Source: Paragordius varius
Taxonomy: Eukaryota; Animalia; Nematomorpha
Reading direction: 5' to 3'
DNA length: 64,000 nt
NCBI GenBank assembly: GCA_964247055.1
Contig: OZ176053.1
Span: 3,782,001-3,846,000, forward strand
Shown here: positions 23,401 through 41,400 of the stretch, piece after piece
How positions within the stretch are numbered: position 1 is the first letter of the stretch
Layout of the letters: each line of letters opens with the position of its first letter
The notes under the pieces: generated by a model
Seen by the model: only the letters and a program-made list of their open reading frames with translations
Told to the model about the DNA's origin: nothing
Databases searched by the model: none
Translations under genes and position numbers: made by a program

Positions 23401-26400
23401 TTGTATGGGTAATTACAACAATCAACCATACCTCTTTAACAATAAAATTATATTAACCATGATTGTATAAGTAATTACAACAATCACCATACCTCTTACA
23501 CAATCAAATTATATTAACCATGATTGTATGGGTAATTACAACAATCAACCATACCTCTTTAACAATAAAATTATATTAACCATGAATGTTTGGGTAATTA
23601 CAACAATCAACCATACCTCTTTAACAATCAAATTATATTAACCATGATTGTATAAGTAATTACAACAATCACCATACCTCTTTAACAATAAAATTATATT
23701 AACCATGATTGTATAAGTAATTACAACAATCACCATACCTCTTTAACAATAAAATTATATTAACCATGATTGTATAAGTAATTACAACAATCACCATACC
23801 TCTTTAACAATAAAATTATATTAACCATGATTGTATAAGTAATTACAACAATCACCATACCTCTTTAACAATCAAATTATATTAACCATGATTGTATAAG
23901 TAATTACAACAATCACCATACCTCTTTAACAATAAAATTATATTAACCATGATTGTATAAGTAATTACAACAATCACCATACCTCTTTAACAATAAAATT
24001 ATATTAACCATGATTGTATAAGTAATTACAACAATCACCATACCTCTTTAACAATAAAATTATATTAACCATGATTGTATAAGTAATTACAACAATCACC
24101 ATACCTCTTTAACAATAAAATTATATTAACCATGATTGTATAAGTAATTACAACAATCACCATACCTCTTTAACAATAAAATTATATTAACCATGATTGT
24201 ATAAGTAATTACAACAATCACCATACCTCTTTAACAATCAAATTATATTAACCATGATTGTATGGGTAATTACAACAATCATCCATACCTCTTTAACAAT
24301 CAAATTATATTAACCATGATTGTATGGGTAATTACAACAATCACCATACCTCTTTAACAATCAAATTATATTAACCATGATTGTATGGGTAATTACAACA
24401 ATCAACCATACCTCTTTAACAATAAAATTATATTAACCATGATTGTATGGGTAATTACAACAATCAACCATACCTCTTTAACAATAAAATTATATTAACC
24501 ATGATTGTATGGGTAATTACAACAATCAACCATACCTCTTTAACAATCAAATTATATTAACCATGATTGTATGGGTAATTACAACAATCAACCATACCTC
24601 TTTAACAATCAAATTATATTAACCATGATTGTATGGGTAATTACAACAATCAACCATACCTCTTTAACAATAAAATTATATTAACCATGATTGTATGGGT
24701 AATTACAACAATCAACCATACCTCTTTAACAATCAAATTATATTAACCATGATTGTATGGGTAATTACAACAATCAACCATACCTCTTTAACAATCAAAT
24801 TATATTAACCATGATTGTATGGGTAATTACAACAATCAACCATACCTCTTTAACAATCAAATTATATTAACCATGATTGTATGGGTAATTACAACAATCA
24901 ACCATACCTCTTTAACAATCAAATTATATTAACCATGATTGTATGGGTAATTACAACAATCAACCATACCTCTTTAACAATAAAATTATATTAACCATGA
25001 TTGTATGGGTAATTACAACAATCAACCATACCTCTTTAACAATCAAATTATATTAACCATGATTATATGGGTAATTACAACAATCAACCATACCTCTTTA
25101 ACAATCAAATTATATTAACCATGATTGTATGGGTAATTACAACAATCAACCATACCTCTTTAACAATCAAATTATATTAACCATGATTGTATGGGTAATT
25201 ACAACAATCACCATACCTCTTTAACAATCAAATTATATTAACCATGATTGTATGGGTAATTACAACAATCAACCATACCTCTTTAACAATAAAATTATAT
25301 TAACCATGATTGTATGGGTAATTACAACAATCAACCATACCTCTTTAACAATCAAATTATATTAACCATGATTGTATGGGTAATTACAACAATCAACCAT
25401 ACCTCTTTAACAATCAAATTATATTAACCATGATTGTATGGGTAATTACAACAATCACCATACCTCTTTAACAATCAAATTATATTAACCATGATTGTAT
25501 GGGTAATTACAACAATCACCATACCTCTTTAACAATCAAATTATATTAACCATGATTGTATGGGTAATTACAACAATCAACCATACCTCTTTAACAATAA
25601 AATTATATTAACCATGATTGTATGGGTAATTACAACAATCAACCATACCTCTTTAACAATCAAATTATATTAACCATGATTATATGGGTAATTACAACAA
25701 TCAACCATACCTCTTTAACAATCAAATTATATTAACCATGATTGTATGGGTAATTACAACAATCAACCATACCTCTTTAACAATCAAATTATATTAACCA
25801 TGATTGTATGGGTAATTACAACAATCACCATACCTCTTTAACAATCAAAATATATTAACCATGAATGTTTGGGTAATTACAACAATCAACCATACCTCTT
25901 ACACAATCAAATTATATTAACCATGATTGTATGGGTAATTACAACAATCACCATACCTCTTTAACAATCAAAATATATTAACCATGAATGTTTGGGTAAT
26001 TACAACAATCAACCATACCTCTTACACAATCAAATTATATTAACCATGATTGTATGGGTAATTACAACAATCAACCATACCTCTTTAACAATCAAATTAT
26101 ATTAACCATGATTGTATGGGTAATTACAACAATCAACCATACCTCTTTAACAATCAAATTATATTAACCATGATTGTATGGGTAATTACAACAATCAACC
26201 ATACCTCTTTAACAATCAAATTATATTAACCATGATTGTATGGGTAATTACAACAATCAACCATACCTCTTTAACAATCAAAATATATTAACCATGATTG
26301 TATGGGTAATTACAACAATCACCATACCTCTTTAACAATCAAAATATATTAACCATGAATGTTTGGGTAATTACAACAATCAACCATACCTCTTACACAA

Positions 26401-29400
26401 TCAAATTATATTAACCATGATTGTATGGGTAATTACAACAATCACCATACCTCTTTAACAATCAAAATATATTAACCATGAATGTTTGGGTAATTACAAC
26501 AATCAACCATACCTCTTACACAATCAAATTATATTAACCATGATTGTATGGGTAATTACAACAATCAACCATACCTCTTTAACAATCAAATTATATTAAC
26601 CATGATTGTATGGGTAATTACAACAATCAACCATACCTCTTTAACAATCAAATTATATTAACCATGATTGTATGGGTAATTACAACAATCAACCATACCT
26701 CTTTAACAATCAAATTATATTAACCATGATTGTATGGGTAATTACAACAATCACCATACCTCTTTAACAATCAAAATATATTAACCATGAATGTTTGGGT
26801 AATTACAACAATCAACCATACCTCTTACACAATCAAATTATATTAACCATGATTGTATGGGTAATTACAACAATCAACCATACCTCTTTAACAATCAAAT
26901 TATATTAACCATGATTGTATGGGTAATTACAACAATCAACCATACCTCTTTAACAATCAAATTATATTAACCATGATTGTATGGGTAATTACAACAATCA
27001 ACCATACCTCTTTAACAATCAAATTATATTAACCATGATTGTATGGGTAATTACAACAATCAACCATACCTCTTTAACAATCAAATTATATTAACCATGA
27101 TTGTATGGGTAATTACAACAATCAACCATACCTCTTTAACAATCAAATTATATTAACCATGATTGTATGGGTAATTACAACAATCAACCATACCTCTTTA
27201 ACAATAAAATTATATTAACCATGATTGTATGGGTAATTACAACAATCACCATACCTCTTTAACAATCAAAATATATTAACCATGAATGTTTGGGTAATTA
27301 CAACAATCAACCATACCTCTTACACAATCAAATTATATTAACCATGATTGTATGGGTAATTACAACAATCAACCATACCTCTTACACAATCAAATTATAA
27401 TAACCATGATTGTATGGGTAATTACAACAATCACCATACCTCTTTAACAATCAAAATATATTAACCATGAATGTTTGGGTAATTACAACAATCAACCATA
27501 CCTCTTACACAATCAAATTATATTAACCATGATTGTATGGGTAATTACAACAATCAACCATACCTCTTTAACAATCAAATTATATTAACCATGATTGTAT
27601 GGGTAATTACAACAATCAACCATACCTCTTTAACAATCAAATTATATTAACCATGATTGTATGGGTAATTACAACAATCAACCATACCTCTTTAACAATC
27701 AAATTATATTAACCATGATTGTATGGGTAATTACAACAATCAACCATACCTCTTTAACAATCAAATTATATTAACCATGATTGTATGGGTAATTACAACA
27801 ATCAACCATACCTCTTTAACAATCAAATTATATTAACCATGATTGTATGGGTAATTACAACAATCAACCATACCTCTTTAACAATAAAATTATATTAACC
27901 ATGATTGTATGGGTAATTACAACAATCAACCATACCTCTTTAACAATCAAATTATATTAACCATGATTATATGGGTAATTACAACAATCAACCATACCTC
28001 TTTAACAATCAAATTATATTAACCATGATTGTATGGGTAATTACAACAATCAACCATACCTCTTTAACAATCAAATTATATTAACCATGATTGTATGGGT
28101 AATTACAACAATCACCATACCTCTTTAACAATCAAATTATATTAACCATGATTGTATGGGGAATTACAACAATCAACCATACCTCTTTAACAATAAAATT
28201 ATATTAACCATGATTGTATGGGTAATTACAACAATCAACCATACCTCTTTAACAATCAAAATATATTAACCATGATTGTATGGGTAATTACAACAATCAC
28301 CATACCTCTTTAACAATCAAATTATATTAACCATGATTGTATGGGTAATTACAACAATCAACCATACCTCTTTAACAATCAAATTATATTAACCATGATT
28401 GTATGGGTAATTACAACAATCAACCATACCTCTTTAACAATAAAATTATATTAACCATGATTGTATGGGTAATTACAACAATCAACCATACCTCTTTAAC
28501 AATAAAATTATATTAACCATGATTGTATGGGTAATTACAACAATCACCATACCTCTTTAACAATCAAAATATATTAACCATGAATGTTTGGGTAATTACA
28601 ACAATCAACCATACCTCTTACACAATCAAATTATATTAACCATGATTGTATGGGTAATTACAACAATCAACCATACCTCTTTAACAATCAAATTATATTA
28701 ACCATGATTGTATGGGTAATTACAACAATCAACCATACCTCTTTAACAATAAAATTATATTAACCATGATTGTATGGGTAATTACAACAATCACCATACC
28801 TCTTTAACAATCAAAATATATTAACCATGAATGTTTGGGTAATTACAACAATCAACCATACCTCTTACACAATCAAATTATATTAACCATGATTGTATGG
28901 GTAATTACAACAATCAACCATACCTCTTTAACAATAAAATTATATTAACCATGATTGTATGGGTAATTACAACAATCACCATACCTCTTTAACAATCAAA
29001 ATATATTAACCATGAATGTTTGGGTAATTACAACAATCAACCATACCTCTTACACAATCAAATTATATTAACCATGATTGTATGGGTAATTACAACAATC
29101 AACCATACCTCTTTAACAATAAAATTATATTAACCATGATTGTATGGGTAATTACAACAATCACCATACCTCTTTAACAATAAAATTATATTAACCATGA
29201 TTGTATGGGTAATCACAACAATCACCATACCTCTTACACAATCAAATTATATTAACCATAATTGTATGGGTTATTACAACAATCAACCATACCTCTTAAA
29301 CAATAAAATTATATTAACCATGATTGTATGGGTAATTACAACAATCACCATAGCTCTTTAACAATCAAATTATATTAACCATGAATGTTTGGGTAATTAC

Positions 29401-32400
29401 AACAATCAACCATACCTCTTACACAATCAAATTATATTAACCATGATTGTATGGGTAATTACAACAATCAAACATACCTCTTTAACAATAAAATTATTTT
29501 AACCATGATTGTATGGGTAATTACAACAATCATCCATACCTCTTTAACAATCAAATTATATTAACCATGATTGTATGGGTAATTACAACAATCAACCATA
29601 CCTCTTTAACAATAAAATTATATTAACCATGAATGTATGGGTAATTACAACATTCAACCATACCTCTTTAACAATCAAATTATATATACCATGATTGTAT
29701 GGGTAATTACAACAATCAACCATACCTCTTTAACAATAAAATTATATTAACCATGAATATATGGGTAATTACAACAATCAACCATACCTCTTTTACAATC
29801 AAATTATATTAACCATGAATGTTTGGGTAATTACAACAATCATACATATCTCTTTAACAATCAAATTATATTAACCATGATTGTATGGAATTACAACAAT
29901 CATACATACCTCTTACACAATTAAATTATATTAACCATGATTGTATGGGTAATTACAACAATCACCATAGCTCTTTAACAATCAAATTATATTAACCATG
30001 ATTGTATGGGTAATTACAACAATCAAACATACCTCTTTAACAATAAAATTATTTTAACCATGATTGTATGGGTAATTACAACAATCATCCATACCTCTTT
30101 AACAATCAAATTATATTAACCATGATTGTATGGGTAATTACAACAATCAAACATACCTCTTTAACAATAAAATTATATTAACCATGAATGTTTGGGTAAT
30201 TACAACAATCAACCATACCTCTTACACAATCAAATTATATTAACCATGATTGTATGGGTAATTACAACAATCAAACATACCTCTTTAACAATAAAATTAT
30301 TTTAACCATGATTGTATGGGTAATTACAACAATCATCCATACCTCTTTAACAATCAAATTATATTAACCATGATTGTATGGGTAATTACAACAATCAACC
30401 ATACCTCTTTAACAATAAAATTATATTAACCATGAATGTATGGGTAATTACAACATTCAACCATACCTCTTTAACAATCAAATTATATATACCATGATTG
30501 TATGGGTAATTACAACAATCAACCATACCTCTTTAACAATAAAATTATTTTAACCATGAATGTATGGGTAAATACAACAATCAACCATACCTCTTTAACA
30601 ATAAAATTATATTAACCATGAATGTATGGGTAATTACAACAATCAACCATATCTCTTTAACAATCAAATTATTTTAACCATGATTGTATGGAATTACAAC
30701 AATCATACATATCTCTTTAACAATCAAATTATATTAACCATGAATGTATGGGTAATTACAACAATCAACCATACCTCTTTAACAATAAAATTATATTAAC
30801 CATGAATGTATGGGTAATTACAACAATCAACCATACCTCTTTAACAATAAAATTATTTTAACCATGAATGTATGGGTAATTACAACAATCAACCATATTT
30901 AACAATCAAATTATATTAACCATGAATGTTTGGGTAATTACAACAATCAACCATACCTCTTTAACAATAAAATTATATTAACCATGAATGTATGGGTAAT
31001 TACAACAATCAACCATACCTCTTTAACAATAAAATTATTTTAACCATGAATGTATGGGTAATTACAACAATCATACATATCTCTTTAACAATCAAATTAT
31101 ATTAACCATGAATGTATGGGTAATTACAACAATGAACCATACCTTTTTAACAATAAAATTATATTAACCATGAATGTATGGGTAATTACAACAATCAACC
31201 ATAGCTCTTTAACAATAAAATTATTTTAACCATGAATGTATGGGTAATTACAACAATCAACCATATCTCTTTAACAATCAAATTATATTAACCATGAATG
31301 TTTGGGTAATTACAACAATCATACATATCTCTTTAACAATCAAATTATATTAACCATGATTGTATGGAATTACAACAATCATACATACCTCTTTAACAAT
31401 AAAATTATATTAACCATGAATGTATGGGTAATTACAACAATCATACATATCTCTTTAACAATTAAATTATATTAACCATGATTGTATGGGTAATTACAAC
31501 AATCAACCATACCTCTTTAACAATAAAATTATTTTAACCATGAATGTATGGGTAAATACAACAATCAACCATACCTCTTTAACAATAAAATTATATTAAC
31601 CATGAATGTATGGGTAATTACAACAATCAACCATATCTCTTTAACAATCAAATTATTTTAACCATGATTGTATGGAATTACAACAATCATACATATCTCT
31701 TTAACAATCAAATTATATTAACCATGAATGTTTGGGTAATTACAACAATCATACATATCTCTTTAACAATCAAATTATATTAACCATGATTGTATGGAAT
31801 TACAACAATCATACATACCTCTTTAACAATAAAATTATTTTAACCATGAATATATGGGTAATTACAACAATCAACCATACCTCTTTTACAATCAAATTAT
31901 ATTAACCATGAATGTTTGGGTAATTACAACAATCAACCATATCTCTTTAACAATCAAATTATATTAACCATGATTGTATGGGTAATTACAACAATCAACC
32001 ATATCTCTTACACAATAAAATTATATTAACCATGAATATATGGGTAATTACAACAATCAACCATACCTCTTTAACAATAAAATTATATTAACCATGAATG
32101 TATGGGTAATTACAACAATCAACCATATCTTTTTAACAATCAAATTATATTAACCATGAATGTTTGGGTAATTACAACAATCATACATATCTCTTTAACA
32201 ATCAAATTATATTAACCATGATTGTATGGAATTACAACAATCATACATACCTCTTACACAATCAAATTATATTAACCATGATTGTATGGGTAATTACAAC
32301 AATCAACCATACCTCTTTAACAATAAAATTATTTTAACCATGAATGTATGGGTAATTACAAAAATCAACCATACCTCTTTAACAATAAAATTATATTAAC

Positions 32401-35400
32401 CATGAATGTATGGGTAATTACAACAATCAACCATATCTCTTACACAATCAAATTATATTAACCATGAATATATGGGTAATTACAACAATCAACCATACCT
32501 CTTTAACAATAAAATTATTTTAACCATGAATGTATGGGTAATTACAACATTCAACCATACCTCTTTAACAATAAAATTATATTAACCATGATTGTATGGG
32601 TAATTACAACAATCAACCATACCTCTTTAACAATAAAATTATTTTAACCATGAATGTATGGGTAATTACAACATTCAACCATACCTCTTTAACAATAAAA
32701 TTATATTAACCATGATTGTATGGGTAATTACAACAATCAACCATACCTCTTTAACAATCAAATATATTAACCATGATTGTATGGGTAATTACAACAATCA
32801 ACCATACCTCTTTAACAATCAAATTATATTAACCATGATTGTATGGGTAATTACAACAATCAACCATACCTCTTTAACAATCAAATTATATTAACCATGA
32901 ATGTATGGGTAATTACAACAATCAACCATACCTCTTTAACAATAAAATTATTTTAACCATGAATGTATGGGTAATTACAACATTCAACCATACCTCTTTA
33001 ACAATCAAATTATATTAACCATGAATATATGGGTAATTACAACAATCAACCATATCTCTTTAACAATAAAATTATATTAACCATGAATGTATGGGTAATT
33101 ACAACATTCAACCATACCTCTTTAACAATAAAATTATATTAACCATGATTGTATGGGTAATTACAACAATCAACCATACCTCTTTAACAATCAAATTATT
33201 TTAACCATGAATGTATGGGTAATTACAACATTCAACCATACCTCTTTAACAATAAAATTATATTAACCATGATTGTATGGGTAATTACAACAATCAACCA
33301 CTCTTTAACAATCAAATATATTAACCATGATTGTATGGGTAATTACAACAATCAACCATACCTCTTTAACAATCAAATTATATTAACCATGATTGTATGG
33401 GTAATTACAACAATCAACCATACCTCTTTAACAATAAAATTATATTAACCATGAATGTATGGGTAATTACAACAATCAACCATACCTCTTTAACAATAAA
33501 ATTATTTTAACCATGAATGTATGGGTAATTACAACATTCAACCATACCTCTTTAACAATAAAATTATATTAACCATGATTGTATGGGTAATTACAACAAT
33601 CAACCATACCTCTTTAACAATAAAATTATATTAACCATGAATGTATGGGTAATTACAACAATCAACCATACCTCTTTAACAATAAAATTATTTTAACCAT
33701 GAATGTATGGGTAATTACAACATTCAACCATACCTCTTTAACAATAAAATTATATTAACCATGATTGTATGGGTAATTACAACAATCAACCATACCTCTT
33801 TAACAATCAAATTATATTAACCATGATTGTATGGGTAATTACAACAATCAACCATACCTCTTTAACAATAAAATTATATTAACCATGAATGTATGGGTAA
33901 TTACAACAATCAACCATACCTCTTTAACAATCAAATTATATTAACCATGATTGTATGGGTAATTACAACAATCAACCATACCTCTTTAACAATAAAATTA
34001 TATTAACCATGAATGTATGGGTAATTACAACAATCAACCATACCTCTTTAACAATAAAATTATTTTAACCATGAATGTATGGGTAATTACAACATTCAAC
34101 CATACCTCTTTAACAATAAAATTATATTAACCATGATTGTATGGGTAATTACAACATTCAACCATACCTCTTTAACAATCAAATTATATTAACCATGATT
34201 GTATGGGTAAATACAACAATCAACCATACCTCTTTAACAATAAAATTATATTAACCATGAATGTATGGGTAATTACAACAATCAACCATATCTCTTTAAC
34301 AATCAAATTATTTTAACCATGATTGTATGGGTAATTACAACAATCAACCATACCTCTTTAACAATAAAATTATATTAACCATGATTGTATGGGTAATTAC
34401 AACAATCAACCATATCTCTTTAACAATCAAATTATATTAACCATGAATGTATGGGTAATTACAACAATCAACCATACCTCTTTAACAATAAAATTATTTT
34501 AACCATGAATGTATGGGTAATTACAACAATCATACATATCTCTTTAACAATCAAATTATATTAACCATGAATGTATGGGTAATTACAACAATCAACCATA
34601 CCTCTTTAACAATAAAATTATATTAACCATGATTGTATGGGTAATTACAACAATCAACCATATCTCTTTAACAATCAAATTATATTAACCATGAATGTAT
34701 GGGTAATTACAACAATCAACCATACCTCTTTAACAATAAAATTATATTAACCATGATTGTATGGGTAATTACAACAATCAACCATATCTCTTTAACAATC
34801 AAATTATATTAACCATGAATGTATGGGTAATTACAACAATCATACATACCTCTTTAACAATAAAATTATATTAACCATGAATGTTTGGGTAATTACAACA
34901 ATCAACCATACCTTTTTAACAATAAAATTATATTAACCATGAATGTATGGGTAATTACAACAATCAACCATACCTCTTTAACAATAAAATTATTTTAACC
35001 ATGAATGTATGGGTAATTACAACAATCAACCATATCTCTTTAACAATCAAATTATATTAACCATGAATGTATGGGTAATTACAACAATCAACCATACCTC
35101 TTTAACAATAAAATTATTTTAACCATGAATGTATGGGTAATTACAACAATCATACATATCTCTTTAACAATCAAATTATATTAACCATGAATGTATGGGT
35201 AATTACAACAATGAACCATATCTCTTTAACAATCAAATTATATTAACCATGAATGTTTGGGTAATTACAACAATCAACCATACCTCTTTAACAATAAAAT
35301 TATTTTAACCATTAATGTATGGGTAATTACAACAATCAACCATATCTCTTTAACAATCAAATTATATTAACCATGAATGTTTGGGTAATTACAACAATCA

Positions 35401-38400
35401 ACCATACCTCTTTAACAATAAAATTATATTAACCATGATTGTATGGAATTACAACAATCATACATACCTCTTTAACAATAAAATTATTTTAACCATGAAT
35501 GTATGGGTAATTACAACAATTAAGCATATCTCTTTAACAATCAAATTATATTAACCATGAATGTATGGGTAATTACAACAATCAACCATACCTCTTTAAC
35601 AATAAAATTATATTAACCATGATTGTATGGGTAATTACAACAATCAACCATATCTCTTTAACAATTAAATTATATTAACCATGAATGTATGGGTAATTAC
35701 AACAATCAACCATACCTCTTTAACAATAAAATTATATTAACCATGAATGTATGGGTAATTACAACAATCAACCATATCTCTTTAACAATCAAATTATATT
35801 AACCATGAATGTTTGGGTAATTACAACAATCAACCATACCTTTTTAACAATAAAATTATATTAACCATGAATGTTTGGGTAATTACAACAATCAACCATA
35901 CCTTTTTAACAATAAAATTATATTAACCATGAATGTATGGGTAATTACAACAATCAACCATACCTCTTTAACAATAAAATTATTTTAACCATGAATGTAT
36001 GGGTAATTACAACAATCAACCATATCTCTTTAACAATCAAATTATATTAACCATGAATGTATGGGTAATTACAACAATCAACCATACCTCTTTAACAATA
36101 AAATTATTTTAACCATGAATGTATGGGTAATTACAACAATCATACATATCTCTTTAACAATCAAATTATATTAACCATGAATGTATGGGTAATTACAACA
36201 ATGAACCATATCTCTTTAACAAACAAATTATATTAACCATGAATGTTTGGGTAATTACAACAATCAACCATACCTCTTTAACAATTAAATTATATTAACC
36301 ATGATTGTATGGGTAATTACAACAATCAACCATACCTCTTTAACAATAAAATTATTTTAACCATGAATGTATGGGTAAATACAACAATCAACCATACCTC
36401 TTTAACAATAAAATTATATTAACCATGAATGTATGGGTAATTACAACAATCAACCATATCTCTTTAACAATCAAATTATTTTAACCATGATTGTATGGAA
36501 TTACAACAATCATACATATCTCTTTAACAATCAAATTATATTAACCATGAATGTTTGGGTAATTACAACAATCATACATATCTCTTTAACAATCAAATTA
36601 TATTAACAATGATTGTATGGAATTACAACAATCATACATACCTGTTTAACAATAAAATTATTTTAACCATGAATGTATGGGTAATTACAACAATTAAGCA
36701 TATCTCTTTAACAATCAAATTATATTAACCATGATTGTATGGGTAATTACAACAATCAACCATACCTCTTTAACAATAAAATTATATTAACCATGAATGT
36801 ATGGGTAATTACAACAATCAACCATATCTCTTTAACAATCAAATTATTTTAACCAAATTACAACAATCATACATATCTCTTTAACAATCAAATTATATTA
36901 ACCATGATTGTATGGAATTACAACAATCATACATACCTCTTACACAATTAAATTATATTAACCATGATTGTATGGGTAATTACAACAATCAACCATACCT
37001 CTTTAACAATAAAATTATTTTAACCATGAATGTATGGGTAAATACAACAATCAACCATACCTCTTTAACAATAAAATTATATTATCCATGAATGTATGGG
37101 TAATTACAACAATCAACCATATCTCTTTAACAATCAAATTATATTAACCATGAATGTTTGGTTAATTACAACAATCATACATATCTCTTTAACAATCAAA
37201 TTATATTAACCATGATTGTATGGAATTACAACAATCATACATACCTCTTACACAATCAAATTATATTATCCATGAATGTATGGGTAATTACAACAATCAA
37301 CCATACCTCTTTAACAATAAAATACAACAATCAACCATATCTCTTTAACAATCAAATTATATTAACCATGAATGTTTGGGTAATTACAACAATCATACAT
37401 ATCTCTTTAACAATCAAATTATATTAACCATGATTGTATGGAATTACAACAATCATACATACCTCTTACACAATCAAATTATATTAACCATGAATGTATG
37501 GGTAATTACAACAATCAACCATACCTCTTTAACAATCAAATTATATTAACCATGAATGTATGGGTAATTGCAACAATCAACCATACCTCTTTAACAATCA
37601 AATTATATTAACCATGAATGTATGGGTAATTGCAACAATCAACCATACCTCTTTAACAATAAAATTATATTAACCATGAATGTATGGGTAATTACAACAA
37701 TCAACCATACCTCTTTAACAATCAAATTATATTAACCATGAATGTTTGGGTAATTACAACAATCATACATATCTCTTTAACAATCAAATTATATTAACCA
37801 TGATTGTATGGAATTACAACAATCATACATACCTCTTACACAATCAAATTATATTAACCATGAATGTATGGGTAATTACAACAATCAACCATACCTCTTT
37901 AACAATCAAATTATATTAACCATGAATGTATGGGTAATTGCAACAATCAACCATAACTCTTTAACAATAAAATTATATTAACCATGAATGTATGGGTAAT
38001 TACAACAATCAACCATACCTCTTTAACAATCAAATTATATTAACCATGAATGTTTGGGTAATTACAACAATCATACATATCTCTTTAACAATCAAATTAT
38101 ATTAACCATGATTGTATGGAATTACAACAATCATACATACCTCTTACACAATCAAATTATATTAACCATGAATGTATGGGTAATTACAACAATCAACCAT
38201 ACCTCTTTAACAATCAAATTATATTAACCATGAATGTATGGGTAATTGCAACAATCAACCATACCTCTTTAACAATAAAATTATTTTAACCATGAATGTA
38301 TGGGTAATTACAACAATCAACCATACCTCTTTAACAATAAAATTATATTAACCATGAATGTTTGGGTAATTACAACAATCATACATATCTCTTTAACAAT

Positions 38401-41400
38401 CAAATTATATTAACCATGATTGTATGGAATTACAACAATCATACATACCTCTTACACAATTAAATTATATTAACCATGATTGTATGGGTAATTACAACAA
38501 TCATACATATCTCTTTAACAATCAAATTATATTAACCATGATTGTATGGAATTACAACAATCATACATACCTCTTACACAATTAAATTATATTAACCATG
38601 ATTGTATGGGTAATTACAACAATCAACCATACCTCTTTAACAATAAAATTATTTTAACCATGAATATATGGGTAATTACAACAATCAACCATACCTCTTT
38701 TACAATCAAATTATATTAACCATGAATGTTTGGGTAATTACAACAATCATACATATCTCTTTAACAATCAAATTATATTAACCATGATTGTATGGAATTA
38801 CAACAATCATACATACCTCTTACACAATTAAATTATATTAACCATGATTGTATGGGTAATTACAACAATCAACCATACCTCTTTAACAATAAAATTATTT
38901 TAACCATGAATGTATGGGTAAATACAACAATCAACCATACCTCTTTAACAATAAAATTATATTAACCATGAATGTATGGGTAATTACAACAATCAACCAT
39001 ATCTCTTTAACAATCAAATTATTTTAACCATGATTGTATGGAATTACAACAATCATACATATCTCTTTAACAATCAAATTATATTAACCATGAATGTTTG
39101 GGTAATTACAACAATCATACATATCTCTTTAACAATTAAATTATATTAACCATGAATGTATGGGTAATTACAACAATCAACCATACCTCTTTAACAATAA
39201 AATTATATTAACCATGAATGTATGGGTAATTACAACAATCAACCATACCTCTTTAACAATAAAATTATTTTAACCATGAATGTATGGGTAATTACAACAA
39301 TCAACCATATCTCTTTAACAATCAAATTATATTAACCATGAATGTTTGGGTAATTACAACAATCAACCATACCTCTTTAACAATAAAATTATATTAACCA
39401 TGAATGTATGGGTAATTACAACAATCAACCATACCTCTTTAACAATAAAATTATTTTAACCATGAATGTATGGGTAATTACAACAATCATACATATCTCT
39501 TTAACAATCAAATTATATTAACCATGAATGTATGGGTAATTACAACAATGAACCATACCTTTTTAACAATAAAATTATATTAACCATGAATGTATGGGTA
39601 ATTACAACAATCAACCATACCTCTTTAACAATAAAATTATTTTAACCATGAATGTATGGGTAATTACAACAATCAACCATATCTCTTTAACAATCAAATT
39701 ATATTAACCATGAATGTTTGGGTAATTACAACAATCATACATATCTCTTTAACAATCAAATTATATTAACCATGATTGTATGGAATTACAACAATCATAC
39801 ATACCTCTTACACAATTAAATTATATTAACCATGATTGTATGGGTAATTACAACAATCAACCATACCTCTTTAACAATAAAATTATTTTAACCATGAATG
39901 TATGGGTAATTACAACAATCAACCATACCTCTTTAACAATCAAATTATATTAACCATGATTGTATGGAATTACAACAATCATACATACCTCTTACACAAT
40001 CAAATTATATTAACCATGATTGTATGGGTAATTACAACAATCAACCATACCTCTTTAACAATCAAATTATATTAACCATGATTGTATGGGTAATTACAAC
40101 AATCAACCATATCTCTTTAACAATCAAATTATATTAACCATGAATGTATGGGTAAATACAACAATCAACCATACCTCTTTAACAATAAAATTATTTTAAC
40201 CATGAATGTATGGGTAAATACAACAATCAACCATACCTCTTTAACAATAAAATTATTTTAACCATGAATGTATGGGTAATTACAACAATCAACCATATCT
40301 CTTTAACAATCAAATTATATTAACCATGAATGTTTGGGTAATTACAACAATCAACCATACCTCTTTAACAATCAAATTATATTAACCATGATTGTATGGG
40401 TAATTACAACAATCAACCATATCTCTTACACAATAAAATTATATTAACCATGATTGTATGGGTAATTACAACAATCAACCATACCTCTTTAACAATAAAA
40501 TTATTTTAACCATGAATGTATGGGTAAATACAACAATCAACCATACCTCTTTAACAATAAAATTATATTATCCATGAATGTATGGGTAATTACAACAATC
40601 AACCATATCTCTTACACAATAAAATTATATTAACCATGAATATATGGGTAATTACAACAATCAACCATACCTCTTTAACAATAAAATTATATTAACCATG
40701 AATATATGGGTAATTACAACAATCAACCATATCTTTTTAACAATCAAATTATATTAACCATGAATGTTTGGGTAATTACAACAATCATACATATCTCTTT
40801 AACAATCAAATTATATTAACCATGATTGTATGGAATTACAACAATCATACATACCTCTTACACAATCAAATTATATTAACCATGATTGTATGGGTAATTA
40901 CAACAATCAACCATACCTCTTTAACAATCAAATTATATTAACCATGATTGTATGGGTAATTACAACAATCAACCATACCTCTTTAACAATCAAATTATAT
41001 TAACCATGATTGTATGGTTAATTACAACATTCAACCATACCTCTTTAACAATAAAATTATATTAACCATGATTGTATGGGTAATTACAACAATCAACCAT
41101 ACCTCTTTAACAATCAAATTATATTAACCATGATTGTATGGGTAATTACAACAATCAACCATACCTCTTTAACAATCAAATTATATTAACCATGATTGTA
41201 TGGGTAATTACAACATTCAACCATACCTCTTTAACAATAAAATTATATTAACCATGATTGTATGGGTAATTACAACAATCAACCATACCTCTTTAACAAT
41301 CAAATTATATTAACCATGATTGTATGGGTAATTACAACAATCAACCATACCTCTTTAACAATCAAATTATATTAACCATGATTGTATGGGTAATTACAAC

